Below, piece by piece: positions 14,476 through 29,690 of a stretch of 64,000 nt of DNA. The position numbers were made by a program, and so were the translations under genes. Source of the stretch: Eledone cirrhosa. Lineage: Eukaryota. The notes beneath the pieces are model-generated. The model saw only the letters and a list, made by a program, of their open reading frames with translations. It ran no database searches and was not told where the DNA came from. The stretch lies in NCBI GenBank assembly GCA_964016885.1, contig OZ024752.1, forward strand, positions 14,570,001 through 14,634,000, written 5' to 3'. Within the stretch, counting starts at the first letter, position 1. Each line of letters starts with the position of its first letter.

Positions 14476-14715
14476 CTTTTTTTGTTTAATATAAGGAACT
14501 GTTTCATTGTTTTATTCATTATTTTTTTAATATTTTATATTTATATATATATATTTTTATATATATATATAATTATATACATATATTTATATATATATAT
14601 ATATTTCTATATATATATATATTTATATATATATTTATATATATATATTTATATATATATTTATATATATATATTTATATATATATGTATATATATATAT
14701 ATTTATATATATACG

Positions 14716-14840
14716 TAGGTCCCGGGTTGAGTCGGGGATAACCACAGTAAGTAAGGTACTCAATACATGGCAGAGTAAAATATATTTATTGTATAGAAGG
14801 AGCTTCTACAGGACTAGTCCTGTAGAAACTCCTTCTATAC
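14716..14840 (-). mobile_element. Family D 3'-end fragment with a 50-bp fold-back (14791-14840)
   Basis: Homologous to 40850-41040; palindrome centred on GGACTAGTCC. Confidence 0.75.
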
Positions 14841-14850
14841 AAAAAATATA

Positions 14851-15007
<157 letters not shown>

Positions 15008-15229
15008 ATATTTATATATATTTATATTTACATATATATATATTTATATTTATATATCTATATATAAATATAAATATATATATATAAACACATATATATA
15101 TATATATATATACAAAAATGTATATATATAAATATATATATATATAAATATATATATATAAATATTTATATATATATATAAATATATATAAATATAAATA
15201 TAAATATTAATATAATTCTGTAACTAAGG

Positions 15230-16930
15230 ATTACCGTAAAACTAATCGGTTTTTCATCAATGAAATCAACGATGATGGGTTTAAAATCACATCTGATCTC
15301 AACATCCTGGACCGGACCGAACCTTTGGACCCTATCTCTCCCCACTTTACCCTGAAGGATCTCAAATCCAATTTTCCGAACAAGCCCTCTATTCGGCATA
15401 TTAACCCTACGAAATCCGATTTAGGTAGACTTAGTAAAACGATTCTTGATAGAATTATACCTGAAATTAGAAGTTTGGCCCCTCTCGCACTGTGGAACAA
15501 TTCTTTCGCGGTGGTTGATTGGTTCAACGGCATATGTAACAAGGAACATTGCCGTTTATCCAATTCGACATCAACAGCTACTATTCCTCCATCACTTCTC
15601 CTTAGAGCTATCAATTTCGCTAAAACACTCACAGTGGTTAAGGATTTTGAAGTTGATGTCATCCTTAATGCCCGAAAGTCGGTGATTAATTTTGACGACT
15701 TTATTTGGATTAAAAAATCCAATAGTACCCCATTCGACGTGAGTATGGGCGCCAGTGACTCTGCGGAGGTTACTGATCTTATTGGCCTTTTCCTTCTTTT
15801 CTCTATCAAGGACGAATTCCCCAACGCGGGCGGTGGATTGTACCTTGACGATGGTCTTTTGACCATGACTAAGTGCGGACCTCGTGCTTGCGACAGGTTC
15901 AGAAAAGAACTCACAGCCTTCTTTAAAGGCTTCAACCACTCTATACAGGTTGAGGCCAATCTCTCGGTAGTTAATTACCTCGACGTTACCCTCAATTTAT
16001 TGAATGGGTTGTATTACCCGTATAGAAAGCCGAATGATACGCTTAATTACATAAGTAAGCATTCCAACCATCCTGCCAGCATAACCAAGAACCTGGTAAG
16101 AAAACGTTTCGTTGAGGCTTTCCCGTCTTTCCACCAACGAGCGCATTTTCAACGACCATTCCACTTATTACAATGAAGCTCTTGCTCGAAGTGGATTTGT
16201 CGATAAGGTAGCATATACAGAGTACGAAAATAAACCTAGAAGAAATAGATCCCGTCGGATTTGTTGGTTTAACCCACCATATAATATGGAGGCGGCCACA
16301 CCATTAGGTAAGATCTTTCTTTCCCTTATTACGAAGCATTTTCCCCCTACACATAAATATAGTAAAAAATGTTAATAGAAATACTATTAAAATGTCTTAC
16401 TCTACGACACCTAACCTTGCACATAACATCACAGCTTCAAATTTAGCTAAACTACCTAGCCGTAGGAACACGTGCAACCCTGTAGTTAGTACTAACTGTA
16501 ATTGTAGGAATCGGGCTGATTGCCCCCTATCCGGTAAATGCCTCTCTAGTAACATTGTCTATAAATGTAAGGTTGTAACACCCACGTCCCGTAGGGCCTA
16601 CATAGGGTTAACCGCCAATAGTTTCAAGCAGCGTCTTTACATGCATACCCATTCTTTTCGTTACCCTCTAAGAAGGAATATGACGTCACTTTCAGCTTAT
16701 ATCTGGAGTCTAAAAGACAACCACACCCAATATAAGTTACACTGGGAGATCCTAGCTAGGGCTAGATCGTATAACGGAAATAAAAGACCATGTGACCTCT
16801 GCGCCGCTGAGGCCCTGGAAATACTCTACGCTACAGACCACATCTTAAACAAAAACTCTGAGGCATTTCGGCTTGTAAACATAAATTGCACAAAACCTTC
16901 CTGTATTACAGCCCCACGTTATACCCTAAC
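15230..16930 (+). pseudogene. Frameshifted PLE RT + GIY-YIG ORF of a second Hydra-like family (C); 3' UTR extends to about 17930
   Basis: ORFs 15325-16176 (GGGLYLDDGL, VNYLDV, SNHP), 16112-16375 (WFNPPY) and 16392-17021 (CNCRNRADC, VYKC..YIG, CDLC..E). Confidence 0.9.
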
Positions 16931-17993
16931 GGATAGCATGATCTATACGTGGATATTTTACGTCTTGATGTGGGAGCTAAATATATGTTTTGTTTATTCC
17001 TTTACTTATTTGCTTAGGTAAGTATATATTACCCGTATGTTTTGTGAAGGTATGTATACCTTCTCGTACATATATTTGACTGCTATAGCGTATAATTTAT
17101 TTTGGTATTTAGGGTTTGGCTATGTGTATACGGGAGTTTTGCGTCCGCGTGAGTGTGCAGGTTCGTACGTATGGTGGGTGTGTGCATATGTGTACTTCTT
17201 GTTTTAGTTGACTTACGTCTCCGAACATTCGTGTATTTATATGTAGGTATGCGTGTGTGCTTGTTATATACGTATTTATTTACTTATATACGTTTATATA
17301 ATTATTTATCTATTTGTACACAAGCATACACACACACACATATTTATATGTGCGTGGTTTTGTATACCCATGGTAAGGTTTTGCGTATGCTTGTATATGT
17401 ACGTATCTGTTTGCGTGTATGTATTTATTTTATTTGTTTCTATTACTTCTGTATTGTATTTATTTACTTTGTTCTTAACTCTGTAGCGGAGATTCATTCG
17501 GTCTCCTAGTTAGAATTTTAGTCTACGATTTCTGTTATACCATTTACGTGGTTTTGTCTTTGCGTGCTATTGTTCTCCACGCTCCACATATGACTTATTA
17601 TCTTCGTTTTTTAGTTCATTGCCAGAGAACGTCTCTATGCACCACTCAGAGAACATTAGTCTACGACTTCTTTTATACCATAAACGTGGTTCTGTCTTTG
17701 CGCGTAATTGTTTTTCACCGCTCCTATTAATGACGTTTATTCGTTTTTTCCCGTTCTTTGCCAGCGAACGTTACCACGAACCAAAGTATCGTCTTCCTGT
17801 CTTCCTCCGGAAGCAATGTTTTTTGAAATATCCAGTTCTGCGTTTACAGATTGACTTTGTTAGTTTCAGAAGATCCCATTAAGGGTGAAAGCAGCGATTC
17901 TTTGCTTAAACTTTAATCTGTTATTTTAATAAATATATATATTTATTGGCAAAGTGACCCTCCCAAATTATAACAATATAAATATATATATAA

Positions 17994-18096
<103 letters not shown>

Positions 18097-18126
18097 AATA
18101 TATATATATATAAATATATATATATT

Positions 18127-18157
<31 letters not shown>

Positions 18158-18160
18158 ATT

Positions 18161-18215
<55 letters not shown>

Positions 18216-18217
18216 TT

Positions 18218-19412
18218 ATATTGTTATAATTTGGGAGGGTCATTTTGCCAATAAGAAACACACGCACCGAATGTGTCTCTTCAATTTATTATAATAAATT
18301 CATAAATTTAGGAATTTATAAATTTCTGGTTGGTTGGTTGGTTCCACAATCAGATAGTTGTTTATATATTGTCAAAGTTCTTTCGTCACACATTCTGTGA
18401 CCTCTTCAGTGACTGAGGATTCTTTTCTTTGTTTTTGTGCCTCTCCTTTGTTCTGCCCTACGCCATTTTGTTTCTGTGTATCTGTTGTGTGCTCAGTCTG
18501 CGCATGCGCCACATCCGGGTGTCTGTGTGTGTTTATATTTGTTTATTTATTTGTTTATTTACATGTTACCCGTTGGTTGTTTGTTCTATGTGTGTGTGTT
18601 TTTTCATTTTGTCCTTAATTGTAAGTTGTGATGTTGCTGTTCCACTCATATTTTCTCTTTAATGTTGGTTGTAATTCTTTTATGTTTATTGCATCTGTTA
18701 TTTGTCTAAACATTGCGTCTTTTCTGTGTGTAGATTCTATTTTTATTTCTATGTTCTCTAATTTACCGTTATGTTCTATTTTAGCATGTTAGTAAAGTAC
18801 AGATGATTCTTTACTATCTTGAAGGTCTCGCCAGTTTTCATTTATCCGTTCCCCTACACTACGAGCTGCCTCACCTATGTACACTATATTGTTGTCTCTA
18901 CATTGTCCTTCAGTACATCTTATGCTATACACTACATTTCTAGTTTTACAGTTAATATGAGGGCTTATTTTACAGGTTATACATTTCTTATCTATACAGG
19001 GGGGTCTTTGGAAAGGGTATGTCTTGCTAATAAGTATTTTTACGGAGGTACCTGGTCTTTCTACTATCTTACTATTGAGTTTATGTTTATCTAGGGCCCT
19101 TCTAAATTTGTAAGCTAATTCACCTCTAGGGGTTGTATCGATGAACATTACACTCTGGTATTTATTGCTATCATGCCATGAGTTTATTCTATTAGCCTTA
19201 TTCCTAGTTCTTTCTATTCTTTTCCAAAATTTGCTCCTATACAAGGGGCAGGTCCCATTTGTGTCATTATTTACCATTTTTTCCCATTTGGTTCTGGCTC
19301 CTCTATACACTCTGATTCTATCTCTCTGATTGTAACCAGAGAACTGCATACGGTGGATGAAGTGTTGTATGTGTCTCTCTAGTTCTTCGGGGTTGCACAT
19401 GCGGGACACATG
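18218..19412 (-). mobile_element. Naiad-like PLE 3' fragment (thumb, linker, GIY-YIG, 3' UTR with HHR)
   Basis: ORF 18789-19409: SGY..R, PLYR..W, FIDTTPRGEL, IVERPG, C..C..C, VVYSIRC, YIGE..RS; clade label from recalled motif pattern. Confidence 0.85.
18371..18413 (-). ncRNA. Minimal type I hammerhead (CUU)
   Basis: Reverse complement: GTCA-CTGAAGA-G-GTCACA GAATG TGTGAC-GAAA-GAAC-TT-TGAC. Confidence 0.8.
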
Positions 19413-19438
19413 TTAAACAAATTCAGAAACGAAATATA

Positions 19439-19852
<414 letters not shown>

Positions 19853-19911
19853 CATTTATATATATATTTATATATATATTTATATATCTATTTATATATA
19901 TATTTATATAT

Positions 19912-20210
19912 GCAAAAGTTCTATTTAAAATTGTTGGGATACAACAAGTAAATATTTTTATAACTGATATAAAGCACTCGACAAGTATTTGGAGTAGATA
20001 TACGATATTAATAAATGGAAACTATATTTATAAAACCATATTTATTTCATTATACATATTTCAGGGATACCAAATTAAATTATGGTATGCCTTCATCAGA
20101 CAAAATACAATATATAACAGTTTTACAAATTTAATTTGGTATCCCTGAAATATGTATAATGAAATAAATATGGTTTTATAAATATAGTTTCCATTTATTA
20201 ATATCGTATA
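19912..20210 (-). mobile_element. Family B fold-back fragment with HHR at 20043-20107 (-)
   Basis: Reverse complement: TATTTTGT-CTGATGA-AGGCATACCA..TGGTATCCCT-GAAA-TATGTA-TA-ATGAAATA; inverted partial copy at 20128-20210. Confidence 0.82.
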
Positions 20211-20871
20211 TTTATATATATATTTATATATATATTTATATATTCGAATTGATTCGATGTTGATTCTCGCATCTTAACAACCTGCTATATTGAGCTAAAG
20301 ACCAACAAACTACGATACTCTAGCGGAATCGTCAAACGCCCAATATTGAATCGTCGTAGATTATGTGAGGGGCAAATAATCTGGATATTATGCTCCTCGA
20401 ACTGTGAAAATGGTGCTGTACATGGAATCCATATCATCGCTTTGCTACTCATTTCCAATATTTAATATTTATAATATTTCTCCACGCACAGGCTTCCTTA
20501 ACATTCGTATAAAGGATTCATTACCAGTTCAACCCCCTTAACACTATTGATCGCCCGTTTAAGTGCTTCTATTGCATGTAACCCTCTGCCGCACTATAGC
20601 ATTATATAAATAAGACACACGTGCGTGCCACACGTGTAACTATTGCACTCAATAACTGCTTATGACTATCCTATCGCATTAATTTCATGTTGTATTTTAA
20701 CCATAATTTTTGATTTTATCCTCTTTGGATATGAATGTAACCTTTAAATGTATACTGCCACACTAAATATTATAATGGTTGTCGACCTGCCGAGCAACAA
20801 TGTTTGCATATGTATCTGTATGTCTCTTGGGTTGAAAAGGGGCTCATATATGTGATCATCCATTAATAAAT

Positions 20872-20918
20872 TGCTCCGAAGAAACCAAACCTCGGTTTGG
20901 AGGAAACAATTGTAAGCA
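20872..20918 (+). ncRNA. Type I hammerhead with one core substitution (CCGAAGA)
   Basis: TGCT-CCGAAGA-..CCAAAC CTCG GTTTGG..-GAAA-CAATTG-TA-AGCA. Confidence 0.65.
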
Positions 20919-21121
20919 TATAAATGATTTGATCAGAACTTTGATTCTTATAACTTATATATAACTGCTCTGTAAAACATCTGATGTTAGTACATTGAGC
21001 TATTTAACTTACTGGTAATAAGGTAGTAATATATTACTGCCTATCACTATTTAGGGTTTATAAAAATATATATAACTACAAAAGGTTTTTGTATTTGCAT
21101 AACCATAAATAGTACCCTTAA

Positions 21122-21228
<107 letters not shown>

Positions 21229-21644
21229 TGTATGTATGTATGTATGTATGTATGTATGTATGTATGTATGTATGTATGAATATATACAATATGCCTATGT
21301 CTAAAAAGGAAAACAGTGGTCAATCGGTAAGACAACAGAAATATTGTTGTCATTTATTTATGTTTATACACGGAACAAAAGCGCTACCCAAGGGTTCCAG
21401 GACCAAATTTGCATATTACAAATTTGCATATTACAAGGGGCATTTCAAATAGTGGCCTTTCTTCAGGCGATTATACGAATTTAAAAGTACCTGAAGAAAT
21501 ATCACTTATATGGTGTCTATTGTATTCTGGACGTATGCCAAATTTGGGCCTTGAAATCTTGGGTAGCGCCTCGGATGTGTGTGCGAACATAAAAAATGCC
21601 ACACACACATATATGTCTGTATGTATATATATATATATATATTT

Positions 21645-22252
21645 ATGTCAGGTCACCACTTGGTGCTACTGGTAACATGTATCCCAGTACAACCTGTCTC
21701 ATGGTCGGGTCGTTGGCGACTAAACTGGCAACCCCACCAAGGTTTCTTGGTGAGGAGGGTGACTTTGGACATCCTGCAGGACTAAAAACAAAACCTGTCA
21801 AAGGGCAAAGGAGCTCTTAAGAGTCAATGGCCATCCAAAATCACTGGGAGAGATGACTCCTTAGCCTTTGTCAAGGCAGAATTCTAGGAGAAGGAAAACT
21901 CTGATATAACACCTGCAACCCTGATGGTATCCAATGATGTTGACTTGTTCTTCTTTTTGGTAAATATCATCTTGGTTAAGAGAGTGGGACTGGCTTTGTG
22001 CAGTGCCTTTGCTCACTATAAAAGCTTCACGGCACAGGCATTGCTTTATATCTGGAGATCTCTCTGCACTTGCCGTCACATGGTACCATGGGCCCAGCAC
22101 TATGTGTCAATAATTGTCACAAGTGTAGTGTTTGTACCAGAGTTTTCAAGTCGCTGGCTGGACTAAAAAGTCACACTCGTTCAGCGCATCGGTAGGGGTT
22201 CTCCTACATGGATATAAAGTAGTGGCCGTACTCGAAAACGAGTTGGCAGCCA

Positions 22253-22255
<3 letters not shown>
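21645..22255 (+). repeat. About 610-bp interspersed repeat in (TA)n, unclassified
   Basis: Near-identical inverted copy at 23412-24023. Confidence 0.85.
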
Positions 22256-22297
<42 letters not shown>

Positions 22298-22436
22298 ATT
22301 AGAATTTTATTTGTCGTTCTAGTACAGTTGATATATAAATGTGAGTATGCATACGTACACACACATATATATACATGTGTGCGTTACACGCACACATATA
22401 TATATATATATATGTATACATACACATATATATATG

Positions 22437-22525
<89 letters not shown>

Positions 22526-22893
22526 TATATATGCATATGTACGTATGGCTTATATCGAACATTAATAATAATATCCGATTCATTTGCCCTATAAAACTGT
22601 GCCGTGCCGATGACCAATCGGCATTCATTTGTTCAACACTGGCATCGAGGAACAATCAACAGGTTTCTGGGTCATTACCTTTCATCAGGACCTTTTACAT
22701 CTCTGCCAATCTCTTGAACGGTTGAAAATATATTGTATTTTCTTAAGTTTACATCGGCTGATTATCCTCATTTGCAGACCGAGCTAGTTACGGCTGGCTT
22801 TGCCAATAATTAAAATAAAATTAGAATGTTAGTTCTCGCTCCAGCAAAGCTGATACATAAATGTAAATATGCATACGAACCCACGGATACACT

Positions 22894-22929
<36 letters not shown>

Positions 22930-22985
22930 AATGTAAGTATGTGTGTATACGTACATACATATATGTATACAGACGTACAGTAGCA

Positions 22986-23049
<64 letters not shown>

Positions 23050-23332
23050 CAGGTACACATACATATATGCACGTATCAGTTTAGCGGACACAAAAAATTA
23101 AGGCTGTTCAGTTTGTTTACAAACGAACAAAGCGGCGTTATAATAAGCGTCCGCTAAACTGATACGTGCATATATGTATGTGTACCTGTATGTATATATA
23201 TATATATATATATATATGCATGCTACTGTACGCCTGTATACATATATGTATGTACGTATACACACATACTTACATTTAAGTAAGTGCCGTACTAAGAGTG
23301 AGAAATGAAATTTCGTTTTCATTTTCTTTCAA

Positions 23333-23411
<79 letters not shown>

Positions 23412-23415
<4 letters not shown>

Positions 23416-24023
23416 TGGCTGCCAACTCGTTTTCGAGTACGGCCACTACTTTATATCCATGTAGGAGAACACCTACCGATACGCTGAACGAGTGTGACTT
23501 TTAAGTATAGCCAGCGACTTGAAAACTCTGGTACAAACACTACACTTGTGACAATTATTGACACATAGTGCTGGGCCCATGGCACCATGTGATGAAAAGT
23601 GCAGAGAGATCTCCAGATATAAAGCAATGCCTGTGCCGTGAAGCTTTTATAGTGAGCAAAGGCACTGCACAAAGCCAGTCCCACTCTCTTAACCAAGATG
23701 ACATTTACCAAAAAGAAGAACAAGTCAACATCATTGGATACCATCAGGGCTGCAGGTGTTATATCAGAGTTTTCCTTCTCCTAGAATTCTGCCTTGACAA
23801 AGGCTAAGGGGTCATCTCTCCCGGTGATTTTGGATGGCCATTGACTCTTAAGAGCTCCTTTGCCCTTTGACAGGTTTTGTTTTTAGTCCTGCAGGATGTC
23901 CAAAGTCACCCTCCTCACCAAGAAACCTTGGTGGGGTTGCCAGTTTAGTCGCCAACAACCCGACCATGAGACAGGTTGTACTGGAATACATGTTACCAGT
24001 AGCACCAGCTGGTGACCTGACAT
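23412..24023 (-). repeat. Inverted copy of 21645-22255
   Basis: Reverse-complement match with scattered substitutions. Confidence 0.85.
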
Positions 24024-24041
24024 ATATACATATATACATAT

Positions 24042-24115
<74 letters not shown>

Positions 24116-24374
24116 TATTAAGTTAGGCATGGCCTGTGCCAATACTTGCCGAAACATATCAAAGCTCTCAAAGTTACACTCACACACACACATACACCCC
24201 CGCACCCCCACCCCACACACAAACACATAGACACATACACACACAAATATATACATATACATATGTACGTATGGCTATATCGAACATTAATAATAATATT
24301 CGTATCGTTTGAAAGAAACTGCCCGATATAGCTGTGCCATGCCGATGACAAATCTTTAGCCGTTTGTTCAAACG

Positions 24375-25092
24375 TAAGGATGAAAGGCAGAGCTGACCTA
24401 GGCGGGATTTGAACTCAGAACGTGAGGTGCATTAATTGTATGGCACAGAGAATGTTACCCATAATGGTTTCTGGTTTAGACACAAGGCCAACAATTAAAT
24501 AGATCCAGTGCATTACTGGTACTTTATTTCATCGACCCAGTAAGGAAGAAATGCAATGCGACCCTCGGTGAGATTTGAACTCAGAATGTAAAGGGCCGTA
24601 ACTCTTTGTTGCTAAGTATGTTGTCCGACATTTACTGCTAACCCATCTCCCCCCTCTAATGTTATCAATAATAACAATAATTGTTTCTTCTTTTGGCACA
24701 AGGCCAGCAATTATTCCAGTGTATTACTGGTACTTTATTTTATCGACCTCGTAAGAATGAAAGGCAAAATTAACCTCGGAGGGATTTGAACTCAGACCTT
24801 AATGGGCCATAACTATGCTGCAAAGCATGGTGTCTAACGCTCTACCGATACTGAAAACCCCACCACAAAGGGTTTTCATCTAGAAAAAACATTGCCAGTA
24901 CTGGACAAAAACATAGGATGGGTGTATGTGTGTGTGTTGGGTTGGGGGTTTAGCGTGTAAACTGGAATAAATCAGATGATTTTTACTATTAACCGAGGCT
25001 AACTAAGTTAACCTCGGTGGAAGTTAAAGGCCGTAACTCTAGGCTGCATAGCAGAGCATCCGACCCTCTACCGATACTGCCAATCCACCAAT
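24375..25092 (-). mobile_element. Cluster of tRNA-derived Nin/Deu-domain-like SINE copies (best copy about 24682-24864)
   Basis: B-box GAGTTCAAATC and GCCTTTCATCCTT..GGTCGATAAAATAAAGTACCAGT on the minus strand, repeated about 4 times. Confidence 0.8.
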
Positions 25093-25732
25093 AATAACAA
25101 TAATAACAATAATTTCTATTTTAGACTCAAGCCCAATATTTGGAATGAAGGAACTTTGATTAAACAGGCGGCGGTGTTTTATTTTATCGACAACAAATGG
25201 ATGAATGTACAGTCAGGCACTTTAAATCTTCTGGCAGAGTAATCAGAATTTCACTGACAGAAGTAGAAGAATATGTTTATAGTAGTAATTCTTTCATAAA
25301 AAAAAAGAAAACGAAAGCTCTTTTTAGACAAATTGACATTTATAAACCTAGATTTGAAATATGTTATCAAGCCTTTCGTATAAACGGCCCTTTGTATTCT
25401 CTGAAAATCAGATTCAGAATCTCCAAGCCGAAAAGAAGGATGGTTTCAATAATAGATTAAATTGATTGGAATTTATACTTCAGTACAGTTTTGTACATGA
25501 ATAGACGTCAAATGCATTTGAAAGCATTAATTTACTTTTCACGAAGTTTTCCAGCACAGAGTATGTAAGAATGTAAATACAATTACGAATACCAACTTTA
25601 TGTAAGCAAACTGCAAAAGAAATACACTTGCACTTCAATTGCACACGCCGCCATATCTCTATATATCTGTTAATCTGTCCCTTTATCTCACTTTCTTTCT
25701 ACACACACGCACACATGAATGCACACGCACGC

Positions 25733-25846
<114 letters not shown>

Positions 25847-27282
25847 ATTACCATGGTAAAAATTCAAAAGATAGAATTAGTGAAATTAAAGTCGCAAATT
25901 CTCCTCAGTATGTGAGGACTTTTGGAGAGAGAGAGAGCTAAATATAGATATATTGATACAATTGTGTATGGGAACAGTGCGTTTGAGCGCGTGTGTTTAT
26001 CGTTTACATTACATAAGACGTGTATATCGTTTACATTACATAAAATCATTGTGATTGCATTTGAAATTTCCTATAGATGCATATGGGAATGATTAGTGTT
26101 CCGAACTAGGTCCTGCTCGGTTTCTACATCCATGCATCATGAGCAAATTTCATTTAGTGTAGCCCTACGTCGATTTATGCCATGTTTGCGAAATTTTCTT
26201 GAGGGAGACTGTTGAGGCACTTCAGATGAACTGCTGAAATCGCGTCAGTAGGTCAGCCTTGTCACAGACAGTTCCAGGCTGGATCTCCGTCATATTTACG
26301 ATATGATTATATGTGTGTGAGGAGTGCCCAAACACATGCGTGCTAATTATAGGAGTAGGCAGTTCCGTTGCTCCAATACCTGACAACGTGATCATCAAAC
26401 AAATGTAGTTCCATCCCATACGTTTTTGGGCTTTCATCGGTTCCAACAACGATTATTTCATGTGATCGAACAAGAAAACGGCTTGATCATGAAGCTGAGA
26501 ACACCCTAGGTATATTTACAATTAATGCAATTTTTGAAGAGACGTAACATGTGTGACAAGGCTAATCCGTTGAATTACAGGTGCAACTAATTGTTTTTCC
26601 AGTTCGGTTGGCAGAGGCAACGTGGAGGTTACATGGAATCGAAGTCATGACCTTACAGAGAGATAATAGATTTACGTGTTTATTTCCGAACTTATTTTAT
26701 TAGTCTGCTGTAAAAGTTCATTTCCAAATATCACAGGTTCTGCTGGACACTTGCCATCAGCATTCCATACCACATTAGAGTATTTCTCAAGGAGATGCAG
26801 TGTTACACATAGTGTGAAAAGGCTGGTCATATGAATTGCAGCTAGAATCAACTTACACATGATATGGGTCGACATAAGCCTATGGTAAATGACTCTTGCC
26901 AAACATAACAAGTAGTAGGATCGAACTTGGAACACAATGATTACGAAGTGAACTTCTTAACCCTTCGAACATATAAGCCCTACAGTTACCATCTATTAAT
27001 CACTGAATACGACTTCATTTGCGAATATAATAAACTACCCTGGCCCAAGGGGTCACACTTGGTTATCGAACTCGCAATAATGAAGCTGCAACGTGGATTG
27101 TATTTCTGATCCACAAATAGATTCAGATATCAATAATATTTTCTATTTAGCTGAACAGACATTTCACGGATATTTTTGTAGAATAAAAATGTTATATATA
27201 TATATATACTTATATATATATATATATATATATACTTATATATATACAATCATTTTATGTCCATAACAAATTAACAAATCAT

Positions 27283-27379
<97 letters not shown>

Positions 27380-27616
27380 ATGTTTTAGTTCCACAACAAA
27401 TTAGCTAATCATGAGAGATACAAATAATATCAATGTATCTGAGATATCGTATTTAAAGAATATTAATCTATAGGATCATAAGGGATACCATATCATAATA
27501 AGCTTATCTTGTCAGATGGAAATATGCTGAAAATAAACTGTTGAACTTAAAATAAATCGAAAATAAACGATGCACAGTAATATGTGTCATTAAATTCGAC
27601 TTCATTTCATTATCTG

Positions 27617-27663
<47 letters not shown>

Positions 27664-27790
27664 CATACCCAAAACGCGAGCACCAACAGTTTTGCAAGAG
27701 ATGCCAACATGGATAAACCTATTATTTTTATCTAAAGACTATTTTTCCAATTCCATCCCGCCCGTCCCCTTAATCTATTTTATTTCTCAT

Positions 27791-27830
27791 TCTTTCATCT
27801 GATGAAGGACTAATGTCCGAAACGTTAAGA
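27791..27830 (+). ncRNA. Minimal hammerhead-like motif (weak stem I)
   Basis: CTGATGA-A-GGAC TAAT GTCC-GAAA-CG-TT. Confidence 0.6.
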
Positions 27831-27911
27831 CCCTGTTCCTGCTATATCAAGCGTTAACCTAATATATCCCTTCCATATACTGTACCGATTCTGTTATTTT
27901 TGTTTATCTTT

Positions 27912-27987
<76 letters not shown>

Positions 27988-28915
27988 AAGGTTAAACCAG
28001 GTTCAATGAATAAATCAATGAATACAGTTTTACAATGGATTAGAAGCACTCAACAAAAATGGTTTTCCGGAGTTATTAATATTAATTCAAAATATTAACA
28101 AATATAGACAGTCGTGTGATCAAGTATATTTTATTATACATATTTCAGAGGTACTGACTTATCTTCAACAGTGCGTCCTCATCGTATACCTTCCTGCCAG
28201 ATGGTTCAACGTTTGAAAGTATATACTTTCCTTATGCATATTACTACTAATGAACTGCATAATTTTATTTCCCTTTTACAGCTATCTTTTCCTAAAATTT
28301 ATACCAATAAGTATACATATAAACTATTTTAATTTCAGGTTATAATTCTATGTTCCTTATAATCTATATAAATTTGTTATTTCTAACTAATAAATTTACC
28401 CCCCCCCCCCAATAATTATTATTATTACTTTTTTATTTTCCCTTCGTTTTTATCTTCAGCACTCTTCAATTACATCTAACTCTTATTTATCATATCTATA
28501 TGAATTAATATAAATTTATCAATATAAATATACCTATCAATTTAATTAATTTATTTTCTTTTTATAGATGTAAATTCCCTATATTTTAAATAAGTTTGAT
28601 ATTTTTCACTAACACATTTATCGTAAAATTTTATTTTCCTTAGATATTTACATTAGCATTATTCTTTTATAACATCAATTCTTCGTGTACCTTTTACCGA
28701 CTTGACCTATTTTCATCCCTAAAATAATCTTTTCATTCATCATACTCTTTCCATTCAAAACTGAAATCTGCTTTCCTCTACCCCTATATTAAAGTTCTAT
28801 AACTACTATTCTACCATCTTGACCATTTACTACATTTCTATTGGTCAATTAAAAGCCTGTTCCCAAACAGACCTATTATATTAAATCTTTGTTGGTTTTT
28901 TTCAATAAACAAATA

Positions 28916-29053
28916 TCATTATTTCTGAAGACAGCATATATATGTGTAGGTATGTATATTCCCTCCGATAGTTTGTAAAAATTTTACATAGATCTATATG
29001 ATAAACATACCAACACAAACATATATATCATAGAAACGATCGTAAAATGATGA
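28916..29053 (+). ncRNA. Type I hammerhead, diverged family A (GUA)
   Basis: TCATTATTT-CTGAAGA...GAAACGATCGTA-AAATGATGA, preceded by the pLTR motif TTCCCAAACAGACCT. Confidence 0.78.
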
Positions 29054-29099
29054 ATTTTTAAATATAAGGAACTGTTTCTTTGTTTTTATTCATTATTTT

Positions 29100-29690
29100 T
29101 GTGACTCTCCTTTGTTCTGTCCTACGCCATCTTGTTTTTGTGTGTGTGTTGTGTGCTTAGTTTGCGCATGTGTTACATCCAGGTGTCTGTGTGTGTTTAT
29201 ATTCGTTTATTTATTTGTTTATTTACGTGTTACTAGTTGGTTGTTTATTCTATGTGCGTGTGTGTTTTCATTTTGTCCTTAATTGTAAGTTGTGATGTTG
29301 CTTTTCCACTAAAGTTTTCTATTTAATTTTGGTTGGAGTTCATTTATGTTTATTGCCTCTGTGATTTGTCTAACCATAGCGTCTTTTCAGCGTGTAGATT
29401 CTATTTTTATTTCTATGTTTTCTAATTTAACCTTATGTTCTATTTTAGTATGTTCGTAGAGTACAGATGATTCTTTACTATCTTGAAGGTCTCGCCAGTG
29501 TTCATTTATCCGTCCCCCTATACTACGATCTGTCTCACCTATGTACACTATATTTTTATCTATACATTGTCCTTCAGTACATCTTATGCTATATACTACA
29601 TTTCTAGTTTTACAGTTACTATGGGGGCTTAATTTACACATTATACATTTCTTATCTATACAGGGAGGTCTTTGCTAATAAGTGTTTTTA
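29100..29690 (-). mobile_element. Naiad-like PLE fragment (GIY-YIG + 3' UTR)
   Basis: ORF 29387-29641 CKTRNVVYSIRC..YIGETDRS..EH; homologous to 18440-19040. Confidence 0.85.

Larger units (their letters stand above)
9646..14540 (+). mobile_element. PLE family A copy A3: 3' UTR piece (about 9650-10462), then GIY-YIG C-terminus, 3' UTR and pLTR, with a nested hairpin insertion
   Basis: Colinear with 48377-51990; junction at the TATATAG microhomology. Confidence 0.88.

Noticed and set aside
15231-15959. 242-aa minus-strand ORF
   Set aside because: Antisense shadow of the family C RT.
17860-17900. HHR-like CAGAAGA-TCCC ATTAA GGGT-GAAA at the family C 3' end
   Set aside because: Position is plausible but the core is mutated and stems I and III cannot be closed; too degenerate to call.
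18789-18791. Possible selenocysteine read-through in the Naiad-like ORF
   Set aside because: The stop is TAA where the 29.4-kb copy has GAA (Glu); it is a nonsense mutation, not UGA, and no SECIS was recognised.
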